Shown here in pieces: positions 27,765-36,103 of a stretch of 64,000 nucleotides of DNA. Within the stretch, counting starts at the first letter, position 1. Each line of letters begins with the position of its first letter. The notes under the pieces were generated by a model. That model was not told where the DNA came from. It was given only the letters and a program-made list of their open reading frames with translations, and searched no databases. Both the position numbers and the translations under genes were made by a program. The DNA is from Chitinophagales bacterium (GTDB lineage Bacteria > Bacteroidota > Bacteroidia > Chitinophagales > JADIYW01), in NCBI GenBank assembly GCA_023957245.1, contig JAMLHJ010000014.1:16248-80247 (forward strand), given 5' to 3'.

Positions 27765-28064
27765 TTATTCATTAAGTCTGATTTTCAAGTCCATTCGTTC
27801 GTGCAATATTCTTGTTATCTCAATTGGTCTTTCATTCAGCTTTCGATAAAAAATTATGTGTCGGTTTACTTTTAGTCCGAAAAGTTCATCTCTAATTCCG
27901 TCATATTTTTTTCCGATGTTTGGATCATCTGCAATACGTCGGCAATTTTCAAGCAACATTTCATAATATTTGTCAGCTTGTTTTTCCGACCATTTATCAA
28001 ACGTATAATCCCAAATTTTCGTCAAATCTTCAACAGCTTCATTGGTCAATTTATATTTTACCAT
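27765..28064 (-). CDS. parE: Type II toxin-antitoxin system RelE/ParE-family toxin
   Basis: 99 aa. LTNEAVEDLTKIWDYT...IIFYRKL...IEITRILHERMD is typical of ParE. Overlaps the antitoxin stop by 14 nt. Confidence 0.85.
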   Translation of the reverse strand: MVKYKLTNEAVEDLTKIWDYTFDKWSEKQADKYYEMLLENCRRIADDPNIGKKYDGIRDELFGLKVNRHIIFYRKLNERPIEITRILHERMDLKIRLNE

Positions 28065-28305
28065 TACTTCGTTTTATCTCTTTTAATTGTTGAAGATGTT
28101 TTTCAGGGTCAAAATCGTGAGCAATCCCGCTGTCAATTCCTTTCTGAATTGCAGCTTTTAGAGCAATAACTTTACTTTCTTCTTCTTCCAAAAGTCGCAA
28201 TCCTGCCCGAACTACTTCACTAACATTCTTATAGCGTCCTGCTGATACTTGGTTACTTACAAACTGGTCAAAATAATCTCCAAGTGATATTGATGTATTT
28301 TTCAT
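28051..28305 (-). CDS. parD: Type II toxin-antitoxin system ParD-family (RHH) antitoxin
   Basis: Start at MKNTSISLGDYF. VSEVVRAGLRLLEEEE is typical of the ParD/CopG ribbon-helix-helix. Confidence 0.85.
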   Translation of the reverse strand: MKNTSISLGDYFDQFVSNQVSAGRYKNVSEVVRAGLRLLEEEESKVIALKAAIQKGIDSGIAHDFDPEKHLQQLKEIKRSNGKI

Positions 28306-28325
28306 ACTTAATCTTTTTCCTAAAG

Positions 28326-28342
28326 TTACCAAAAATTGGTAA
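28326..28342. promoter_or_regulatory. Perfect palindrome TTACCAA-AAA-TTGGTAA upstream of parD (candidate autoregulatory operator)
   Basis: 7-3-7 inverted repeat, 21-37 nt upstream of the parD ATG. Confidence 0.45.
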
Positions 28343-28419
28343 TTATAAAAATTGTTTAGTCAGAAATATTCAAGTTTGCTTTTTGAAATTTATCTAAGGG
28401 AGAGTTTTAGCAAAATTGT

Positions 28420-28450
28420 CCCCATGTTGGCTCAAGCGTCTCGCTCGTGC
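28420..28450 (-). repeat. REP-like element, inverted orientation
   Basis: ccccatgttggctcaagcgtctcgctcgtgc is the reverse complement of the REP consensus. A truncated equivalent (ctcgctcgtgc) lies at 27324-27334. Confidence 0.65.
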
Positions 28451-28476
28451 ATAAAAAAGTTGTTTATATTTATAAC

Positions 28477-28686
28477 ATAAGTCGAAAGTATAAATTCCAC
28501 GAAAAGGAAGGAGCTTATTTTATGAGCTTTGCTGTAATCGATTAGATAGATGTATTTACAAGAATAGACTACTTTTCTATTTTGATTGAATCACTGGATG
28601 ATTGCAGAAAAAATTAAGGAATGATCATTTTTGCATATTGTATCATGCCGAGTCATGTCCGTTTGAATTTTCATTCATCAATTTGA
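28477..28686 (+). pseudogene. Decayed N-terminal fragment of an IS200-like Y1 (HUH) transposase, copy 2
   Basis: Aligns with copy 1 over about 280 nt, with about 20 mismatches and small indels by manual alignment. The HUH region reads IFAYCIMPSHVRLNF. Confidence 0.7.
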
Positions 28687-28693
28687 CAGGTTA

Positions 28694-28723
28694 GCACGAG
28701 CGAGACGCTCACACAAATGGGGG
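28694..28723 (+). repeat. REP-like GC-rich hairpin element
   Basis: gcacgagcgagacgctcacacaaatggggg. Confidence 0.65.
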
Positions 28724-28841
28724 TTTTACACTTTTTTGTGTAAACCTATTTCAGGGATAGACATAAAGCAATAAGCACCGTAACCCAATCGCTACCTGAC
28801 AATTTTGATACTCTTTAAAAAAGATTAATATTCACAGGTTA

Positions 28842-28870
28842 GCACGAGCGAGACGCTCGCACAAACGGGG
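28842..28870 (+). repeat. REP-like GC-rich hairpin element flanked by a 28-nt direct duplication
   Basis: gcacgagcgagacgctcgcacaaacgggg. Flanks are gatactctttaaaaaagattaatattca (28807-28834) and gatactctttaaaaaagcttaatattca (28872-28899). Confidence 0.7.
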
Positions 28871-28953
28871 AGATACTCTTTAAAAAAGCTTAATATTCAA
28901 CTGATATAGCTTTTTCCTGAAAACTTTAAAATATAAAAAATCATTTCATTCAC

Positions 28954-28961
28954 TACCTTTG
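28954..28961 (+). promoter_or_regulatory. Candidate -7 promoter box (TACCTTTG) for recR
   Basis: Exact TAnnTTTG, 6 nt before the recR ATG. This would give a near-leaderless transcript. Confidence 0.35.
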
Positions 28962-28966
28962 TAAAT

Positions 28967-29593
28967 ATGGAGTTTCCTTCAAAATTGATAGAAAATGGAG
29001 TATCTGCTTTTGCCAGCCTTCCGGGTATTGGAAAAAAAACAGCTTTACGTTTAGTGATTCATCTTTTACAAGAAGATGAAGAATTGGCAAAAAACATTTC
29101 AGAATCTATCTATAAGTTACGAACAGAAGTCAAATATTGTCAAAAATGTGGCAATATCTCTGATGACGAAATTTGTAGTATTTGTAGTAATGCTTCTAGA
29201 AAACATGACTTAATCTGTGTAGTTGAAAATTTCAGAGATATACTAGCTATTGAAAACACAGGTCAATATCGAGGTGTATATCATATATTGGGAGGATTGA
29301 TTTCACCATTGGACGGTATTGGACCAGAAAAACTTAACATCTCAAGTCTGATTCAAAGAATACAGACACAAAATATTCAAGAAGTGATCATGGCGCTCAA
29401 TCCGACTATTGAAGGTGATACGACATTGTTTTATCTTTCCAAACAGCTATCTGCTTTTCCAGTAACAGTTACTACATTAGCGAGAGGTGTTGCATTTGGA
29501 GGAGAATTGGAATACGTAGATGAAGTGACATTAGCACGTTCTATTCATAGTAGAAGACCGTTTGAAAATTATATTTCTGGGCAAAACTCATGA
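28967..29593 (+). CDS. recR: Recombination protein RecR
   Basis: 208 aa. HhH LPGIGKKTALRL, zinc finger CQKCGNISDDEICSIC and Toprim domain. Confidence 0.95.
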   Translation: MEFPSKLIENGVSAFASLPGIGKKTALRLVIHLLQEDEELAKNISESIYKLRTEVKYCQKCGNISDDEICSICSNASRKHDLICVVENFRDILAIENTGQYRGVYHILGGLISPLDGIGPEKLNISSLIQRIQTQNIQEVIMALNPTIEGDTTLFYLSKQLSAFPVTVTTLARGVAFGGELEYVDEVTLARSIHSRRPFENYISGQNS

Positions 29594-31569
29594 AGTTATC
29601 TGTCGTCATAGTCAATTATAATGTAAAGCACTTTCTCTTTCAGGCTTTAACTTCAGTATTCAAATCTGTTACAAATTTTGATTACGAAGTTTTTGTAGTT
29701 GATAATGCGTCTTCTGATGGTTCTATTGAAATGATTGCTCAACATTTCCCTCAAGTGGAATTGATTGCTAGCACTGAAAACTTAGGATTTTCCAAAGGCA
29801 ATAATTTGGCTATCAGGAAGAGTAATGCTACATACATTTTATTGCTCAATCCAGACACCATAGTCAGAGAAGACACCTTTCAACAAGTCGTTGACTTCAT
29901 GGACAAACATGCGGATGCTGGTGCTTTGGGAGTAAAAATGTTCGATGGACAAGGTATCTTTTTACCCGAATCCAAAAGAGGATTTCCTACGCCGAAAGTT
30001 GCATTTTTTAAGATGTCAGGATTGTCGAGGATATTTCCAAAGTCAAAAATTTTCAACCAATACCATTTAGGCTATCTAGACAAAGATGAGGTGCATGAGG
30101 TAGATGTTCTTTCTGGAGCATTTATGTTACTAAGAAAATCAGTTTTGGACAAAGTAGGTTTATTAGATGAAGATTATTTCATGTATGGTGAAGACATTGA
30201 TTTATCATACAGAATACAGAAAGCTGGATACAAAAATTATTATTATCCCCATGCTCCAATTATCCATTTTAAAGGAGAAAGCACAAAAAAGGGTTCATTG
30301 AACTATGTGAAAATATTTTACAAAGCAATGATCATTTTTGCTCAAAAACATCTTCAACGTAGAGGAAAAACAGGATATGTTTTGTTGCTGACCATCGCCA
30401 TCTATTTTCGAGCAGCATTGGCTCTATTCAATCGGGCAAGTGCAATTATTGGGAAGCAAATAGCAGATATTACTTTACTTATCAGCACATTTATCGGCAT
30501 ATCTTGGGTATGGGAACATTGGGTAAGACAAGCAGATAATTTAAAATTAATCAACCAACATTATCTAGTTAACTTACCAATATATGTATCTATTTGGCTA
30601 TTTATCAATTACTTATCAGGAATTTATGAGAAAAACTCTAAACTATTCCATTTATGGATTAGCATGCTCATTGGTACTGCTCTCATTGGCACACTCTATG
30701 GATTTTTTCCCAATAATTTAAGAACATCAAGAGGAATTATCCTATTGACATTCCTTATCGCTACAAGTTTAATGGCAATATATCGCTTAATATTGGCATG
30801 GGCTAAAGGTTCTTACAAACAATTGTTCTACAATATTCAAAAAATGGCAATTGTAGGTTCGTATTCTGAAAGCAAAAGAGTCAACGAGCTACTCAATGAA
30901 ATTGGTATCAAAAGGAATTACTTAGGATTCATCTCTCCCAATAGTCAAGACTTCAGTCAGCCTCTATGTATCGGAACATTGAAAGATTTTAAAAACATCA
31001 TCGATTCTAATGATATCAATGAGGTTATTTTCTGTGCAAAAGATATTTCTTCTAGTGAAATGATTAAACAAATTACTTCACTCAGAAATGAGGTTCAATT
31101 TAAGATGATAGCCCCCCAAAGTGAAGCTATTATAGGAAGTCACTCCAAAAGTTCTCCTGGTGAATTATTGACTTATGATATAGGATTTAAAATCAATAAA
31201 ACTTATTTGAGGCGTCTGAAAAGATTTAGCGACTTCTCATTTTCGCTCCTGTTTCTTACATTAAGCCCAATATTAATATGGATTCAAAAAAGCAAATTGT
31301 GTTTTATCAAAAATATATTTAGCACGCTCATAGGAAAAACCACTTGGGTAGCTTATGATAAAAATGGTAGCCCGAATATGAATATTCCTAAACTACCCAC
31401 AGGGATTTTAAGTCCTATCAATAATTTTTTTATTCAAGACGAACAATTGAACACAGAATTTATAGATCGACAAAATTACCTATATGCTAAAGATTATCAC
31501 ATCATTACAGATTTACAAACCATCTTCAACTCCCTCAACAAATTGGGAGGCGGCAAAAAGATAAAATAA
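29590..31569 (+). CDS. Family 2 glycosyltransferase fused to a polytopic membrane region and a C-terminal Rossmann-like domain
   Basis: 659 aa. N-terminus SVVIVNYNVKHFL...VDNASSDGS and the DxD-like YGEDIDLS are typical of GT2. About 5 TM segments at aa 260-400. ATGA overlap with recR. Confidence 0.7.
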   Translation: MKLSVVIVNYNVKHFLFQALTSVFKSVTNFDYEVFVVDNASSDGSIEMIAQHFPQVELIASTENLGFSKGNNLAIRKSNATYILLLNPDTIVREDTFQQVVDFMDKHADAGALGVKMFDGQGIFLPESKRGFPTPKVAFFKMSGLSRIFPKSKIFNQYHLGYLDKDEVHEVDVLSGAFMLLRKSVLDKVGLLDEDYFMYGEDIDLSYRIQKAGYKNYYYPHAPIIHFKGESTKKGSLNYVKIFYKAMIIFAQKHLQRRGKTGYVLLLTIAIYFRAALALFNRASAIIGKQIADITLLISTFIGISWVWEHWVRQADNLKLINQHYLVNLPIYVSIWLFINYLSGIYEKNSKLFHLWISMLIGTALIGTLYGFFPNNLRTSRGIILLTFLIATSLMAIYRLILAWAKGSYKQLFYNIQKMAIVGSYSESKRVNELLNEIGIKRNYLGFISPNSQDFSQPLCIGTLKDFKNIIDSNDINEVIFCAKDISSSEMIKQITSLRNEVQFKMIAPQSEAIIGSHSKSSPGELLTYDIGFKINKTYLRRLKRFSDFSFSLLFLTLSPILIWIQKSKLCFIKNIFSTLIGKTTWVAYDKNGSPNMNIPKLPTGILSPINNFFIQDEQLNTEFIDRQNYLYAKDYHIITDLQTIFNSLNKLGGGKKIK

Positions 31570-31645
31570 TAATTTTTTTGTAATATTTTTCATTACACTA
31601 CAAAGTAACTAACTGTTTTTGGTTAGATTTTAATACTTTCACATA

Positions 31646-32674
31646 ATGAAAAGTCTAAAGTGTATAATTCTAATCATTATCATTGCATCAATTGCGTGTA
31701 AAAAAGAAGAAAAAACAATACAAAAACTTCAAATTCCTTCTATTTCAACACCTTGGATGTCTCAATTAATGGAGGAAAGTCCCAATGAAGAAATATATTT
31801 TTCCGATATTTTTATACCAGCAGCTCATGATGCAGGAATGTATATTTTAAGAAAATGTAACTTAGGTGCGAATAGTTGCAATACACAGACACAAAAATAT
31901 GATATCAAAACACAATTGGAAGTTGGGTATAGAATGTTTGACATACGACCAGCAAAAGTTGGAGATAAATATTATGCTCAACATACGACTAGTTGTGGAG
32001 GGCTGGGTTGTCAGGGAGATTTTTTAAAGAATATCCTTCAATACACTAATGATTATTTAGAAAATAATAATGAAGTTGTCATTTTCGTTTTAAGTCATTT
32101 CTGTAGAATTCAAGCTACAGATACTATTTTCACCAATATGCTTCAAGATATTTTGGGCGGTAAAATTTATAAAGAAATAGATAATGAGCCTTATTTTGCC
32201 AATTGGTCGCTCAATAAAATTCTTGGAGAAAATCCTACTCATGGAAAAATCATCTTAATGTTTGATGAAGGATATGAGGACAATTTAAGCAATAGAAGAA
32301 ATGGTTATTTTTCGAGTGAAATTATGCAATTGGTTGGAGGATGGTCCAACAAAAGTAGTTATGAAGAATTAAAAAATGACCAGCTTTCAAAATTTAAAAA
32401 CTACCAACCCACACCAACTTCTATTTTTCAATTTTCCTATCAATTAACACAAAACGAAACCTTAGCTGTATCCTGCGCTTTAGGACAGCAAGGAAATTCA
32501 ATTTATGCACTATCACAACAAAGCAATCCTGATTTTCCTATTGTAATTAATCGGCTAATAGAAAGCCATGAAATTCTTCCCCAAAAAATACCTAATATAT
32601 TTTGGTGTGATTATGGCGACAAATGGATGATAGATATTGCACTCCAAGTATCAAAAATAGGATTGAGTAAATAA
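31646..32674 (+). CDS. Lipoprotein with a PI-PLC X-domain-like (PLC-like phosphodiesterase) fold
   Basis: Lipobox IACK. IPAAHDAGMY and YRMFDIRP resemble the catalytic His and Arg blocks of bacterial PI-PLC. Confidence 0.45.
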   Translation: MKSLKCIILIIIIASIACKKEEKTIQKLQIPSISTPWMSQLMEESPNEEIYFSDIFIPAAHDAGMYILRKCNLGANSCNTQTQKYDIKTQLEVGYRMFDIRPAKVGDKYYAQHTTSCGGLGCQGDFLKNILQYTNDYLENNNEVVIFVLSHFCRIQATDTIFTNMLQDILGGKIYKEIDNEPYFANWSLNKILGENPTHGKIILMFDEGYEDNLSNRRNGYFSSEIMQLVGGWSNKSSYEELKNDQLSKFKNYQPTPTSIFQFSYQLTQNETLAVSCALGQQGNSIYALSQQSNPDFPIVINRLIESHEILPQKIPNIFWCDYGDKWMIDIALQVSKIGLSK

Positions 32675-32806
32675 TCAGCAGAGAACTATCTTTCAATTAT
32701 TGAAATCTTAAAAGGATTTTTAAACTATAAATCCAGTGAAAATCTAAAAATGAAATAAAAAATCTTTAAATCCTATTGAAAAGTTTATGGATTAAGCAAA
32801 ATAATT

Positions 32807-32814
32807 TAGATTTG
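32807..32814 (+). promoter_or_regulatory. Candidate -7 promoter box (TAGATTTG) for pyrR-pyrB
   Basis: Exact TAnnTTTG, 9 nt upstream of the pyrR ATG. Confidence 0.4.
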
Positions 32815-32822
32815 TATCGTCC

Positions 32823-33365
32823 ATGAATAATCGTATCATCATAGATCAACAGCTTATGAAGCTCATGTTAGAGCGATTCAGCAACCAGCTCATTGAGAAC
32901 TATGGTGATTTTTCAGATGCCGCTATTATAGGTGTCCAGCCTAGAGGAGTACTATTTTCAGATAAATTAATCCAACATCTGGAAGGCATTACAAATACAC
33001 ATATCCTTTATGGGAAATTGGACATTACCTTTTACAGAGACGATTTTAAAAGTAAAGGTTTACAATTAGAAGCCAAAACTACTGATATTGATTTTTCTTT
33101 GGACAACAAACGCATCATTCTAATAGATGACGTATTATATACGGGAAGAACTATCAGAGCGGCTTTAGATGCACTTCTCGCACATGGAAGACCATCAGAA
33201 GTCAAATTACTCACTTTAATTAATAGAAGATTTAATAGAGAATTGCCAATACAACCGGATTTTATTGGAAAGACCGTTGACACACAGATGGGAGAAGTCG
33301 TATCTGTTCAATGGGACACACCAAAAGACGGAAGTCATGTCATCTTGTTAAAAGAAAATATATGA
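32823..33365 (+). CDS. pyrR: Bifunctional pyr operon regulator / uracil phosphoribosyltransferase PyrR
   Basis: 180 aa. PRPP-binding motif IILIDDVLYTGRT. Confidence 0.9.
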   Translation: MNNRIIIDQQLMKLMLERFSNQLIENYGDFSDAAIIGVQPRGVLFSDKLIQHLEGITNTHILYGKLDITFYRDDFKSKGLQLEAKTTDIDFSLDNKRIILIDDVLYTGRTIRAALDALLAHGRPSEVKLLTLINRRFNRELPIQPDFIGKTVDTQMGEVVSVQWDTPKDGSHVILLKENI

Positions 33366-34285
33366 GCCATCTTAGTACAAAGCATTTGATAGGAATCAAA
33401 GACATCACAAAGTCTGATATTGAATTGATTTTACAAACAGCAAGTACTTTTAAAGAAGTCATCAATCGTCCTATTAAGAAAGTTCCCACACTTAGAGATT
33501 TGACAATCGCCAATCTGTTTTTTGAAAATTCCACAAGAACGAGAACTTCTTTTGAACTTGCACAGAAAAGGCTTTCAGCAGATATCGTCAACTTTACATC
33601 ATCTTCTTCGTCAGTCAAAAAAGGAGAAACCTTATTAGATACTGTCAATAATATTTTGGCAATGAAAGTAGATATGGTCGTCATGAGGCATCCTAGCCCA
33701 GGCGCACCAAACTTTTTAGCCAATCATATCGAAGCCAATATTCTCAATGCAGGAGATGGTACTCACGAACACCCAACACAGGCTCTTTTAGACGCATATT
33801 CTATGCAAGAAAAAATAGGAGATTTGAAGGGTAAAAATATTTTAATAATAGGCGATATTATGCACTCCAGAGTTGCTCTTTCTAATATTTATTGCCTTAC
33901 AAAATTAGGTGCAAACGTAAAACTTTGCGGACCTCCAACTCTTATCCCAAAATACATCACAGAATTGGGTGTCACAATAGAATATAATATCCAAAAAGCT
34001 TTAGAATGGTGTGATGTCGCCAACGTACTTAGAATTCAATTAGAACGTCAGAATATTAAACTATTCCCTTCTATCAGAGAATATGCTTTATACTTTGGTG
34101 TCAATAAAAAAAGATTAGAATCTCTCAATAAGCCAATTGTCATCATGCACCCTGGACCTATCAATAGAGGTGTGGAACTTACTTCAGATGTAGCAGATTC
34201 AGAACATTCTATCATCTTAGACCAAGTTGAAAATGGTGTAGCTGTGAGAATGGCATGCATGTATCTTCTCGCTGGGAAAGCCTAA
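33362..34285 (+). CDS. pyrB: Aspartate carbamoyltransferase catalytic subunit
   Basis: Start at MSHLSTKHL (ATGA overlap with pyrR). STRTR and HPTQ motifs. Confidence 0.92.
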   Translation: MSHLSTKHLIGIKDITKSDIELILQTASTFKEVINRPIKKVPTLRDLTIANLFFENSTRTRTSFELAQKRLSADIVNFTSSSSSVKKGETLLDTVNNILAMKVDMVVMRHPSPGAPNFLANHIEANILNAGDGTHEHPTQALLDAYSMQEKIGDLKGKNILIIGDIMHSRVALSNIYCLTKLGANVKLCGPPTLIPKYITELGVTIEYNIQKALEWCDVANVLRIQLERQNIKLFPSIREYALYFGVNKKRLESLNKPIVIMHPGPINRGVELTSDVADSEHSIILDQVENGVAVRMACMYLLAGKA

Positions 34286-34295
34286 TATCAAGCAC

Positions 34296-35012
34296 CTAGA
34301 ACTTTAAATAAAAATCTTTAGTCAGATTTTTGTACGCCTCAGTATAAGTTCTATCTGGATGATAAATAACAAGATGTTCGTCATAGCAAACTGAACTTTC
34401 CTTAGCAAACTCGACCATCATTCTCACTGGCAATTGACCTTCTGTACTATAAACAAAACATTTTCTTGCTGGAAACCAATGATATTGCGCTGCAAATTCA
34501 ATAGCTATTTGCATTTCACTAAAAGGTAAAATAAGGGCTAATCTTCCTTCTTTATTCAATAAACTTGTTGCCTTTTTAACTAAGCTATCCATGGTTAAAT
34601 ACACTTGATGCCTTGCCCTATTCTTATCGTCCCTATCAGATAATAAAGCAGAGGAAAAATATGGAGGATTACTGATAATTGCATCTGGCAATTTTTCTAA
34701 GACAATTGACTCAAAATCCTTACAAGCAAAATCTAAATGGTGATTTAAAGGAAAATTAGATTTGTTATATAAAGCATCTTGAATACTTCCTTCATGAATA
34801 TCTATACCTAAAATATCAGCATCTCCAAATCGCTGAGCCAACATCAAAGCAATTAATCCAGATCCAGTTCCCACATCAACAATATACTTAGGACTCACAT
34901 CTTTAAATGCCCATGCACCTATAAGTGTACCATCAGTCCCTACTTTCATAGTGGCATTTTGATGATAGACACTAAACTTTTTAAAATGAAATTGTGATTT
35001 ATCTTTTGACAT
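34296..35012 (-). CDS. tRNA1(Val) (adenine(37)-N6)-methyltransferase-like SAM-dependent methyltransferase
   Basis: 238 aa. SAM motif VDVGTGSGLIAL and N6-MTase motif NPPYF. Confidence 0.75.
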   Translation of the reverse strand: MSKDKSQFHFKKFSVYHQNATMKVGTDGTLIGAWAFKDVSPKYIVDVGTGSGLIALMLAQRFGDADILGIDIHEGSIQDALYNKSNFPLNHHLDFACKDFESIVLEKLPDAIISNPPYFSSALLSDRDDKNRARHQVYLTMDSLVKKATSLLNKEGRLALILPFSEMQIAIEFAAQYHWFPARKCFVYSTEGQLPVRMMVEFAKESSVCYDEHLVIYHPDRTYTEAYKNLTKDFYLKF

Positions 35013-36042
35013 TTAGATATAGGCTTTCAATCACTTTTTTAGCAGCAAGATTGGGAGAAATAATACGCATAGCTGCTTCTCTTTTCATTTTTTCATAAAA
35101 TTCAAAAACCATTTTATCCTTACGAATAAATTGCAACAACTGCTCTTCAACACTTTCTTCAAACCATAAGCTCCATTCTTGTTCTCGCTTTTTCATCAAA
35201 TACCCATTAGTATATGTATGATGAAAATAAGATTCAATTTTTTCATGAACAATATCTATTCCCATTGGAGGTTCTGAAGAAGCTGTCAATACACATGGTG
35301 TCCAAGCACTTTCAGAAGGTGCAAATAAATGCAATGCTCTTTTATAATCAATAGATGCGATTTTGGCTTTCTTCTCATTCTCTCCATCAGCTTTGTGAAC
35401 CACCAAAATATCTGCTAACTCCATAATTCCTCTCTTTATTCCTTGAAGTTCATCTCCTGCTCCTGGTAACATTAACAACAAAAACAAATCCGTCATTTGA
35501 TGCACGAAGGTTTCTGACTGTCCCACTCCTACTGTTTCCACTAATATTCTATCAAATCCAGCTGCCTCACACAAAAGAATTACCTCTCTAGTTTTATGAG
35601 CCACACCACCCAATTGTCTGCCTGAAGGACTTGGACGAATAAAAACATCAGGATGTGAAAAAATATCTTTCATACGGGTTTTATCACCCAAAATACTCCC
35701 CCCAGATTGCTGGCTTGATGGATCTACAGCTAAGATGGCTACAGACATACCCTTTTGCACCAATAGCTGAGTATAAGCATTAATAAAAGTACTTTTCCCC
35801 ACTCCTGGGACTCCAGTCACTCCAATTTTCAAACATTTATCGGCAATATGCTGCGAAGCTTTTTGTATCAACTCATCAGCCACTATTTGATGCATTTCTG
35901 ATTGACTTTCAATAATAGAAATGGCTTGCCCCAAAGCAACTTTATCTTTATTCTGAATTTTCAACCACAGCTCTTCTGAGGAAATTGCATTCCTCTTAAG
36001 TCTGCTTAAAGCAGCCTCTTTACTCTTTGAAAGCTGGCTCAT
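34999..36042 (-). CDS. meaB: Methylmalonyl-CoA mutase-associated G3E-family GTPase MeaB/ArgK
   Basis: 347 aa. P-loop GVPGVGKST, ETVGVGQSE and NKAD-like HKADG. Confidence 0.85.
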   Translation of the reverse strand: MSQLSKSKEAALSRLKRNAISSEELWLKIQNKDKVALGQAISIIESQSEMHQIVADELIQKASQHIADKCLKIGVTGVPGVGKSTFINAYTQLLVQKGMSVAILAVDPSSQQSGGSILGDKTRMKDIFSHPDVFIRPSPSGRQLGGVAHKTREVILLCEAAGFDRILVETVGVGQSETFVHQMTDLFLLLMLPGAGDELQGIKRGIMELADILVVHKADGENEKKAKIASIDYKRALHLFAPSESAWTPCVLTASSEPPMGIDIVHEKIESYFHHTYTNGYLMKKREQEWSLWFEESVEEQLLQFIRKDKMVFEFYEKMKREAAMRIISPNLAAKKVIESLYLNVKR

Positions 36043-36103
36043 GCTATAAATTTAGCATAAAATACTTTCAAATTTCATTGAAGCAACTTAGATAATGGTG
36101 GAA

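Noticed and set aside
27324-28870. Possible CRISPR array suggested by the repeated GC-rich motif of about 29 nt.
   Set aside because: Spacing is irregular (about 120 to 700 nt), copies occur in both orientations, protein-coding genes lie between them, and the motif is a self-complementary REP-type hairpin. No cas genes are present.
32728-32745. aaatccagtgaaaatc upstream of pyrR, as a possible PyrR-binding attenuator loop (resembles ARUCCAGAGAGG).
   Set aside because: Only the AAUCCAG part matches. There is no flanking anti-terminator/terminator pair, and the -7 box at 32807 places the likely transcription start downstream of it.
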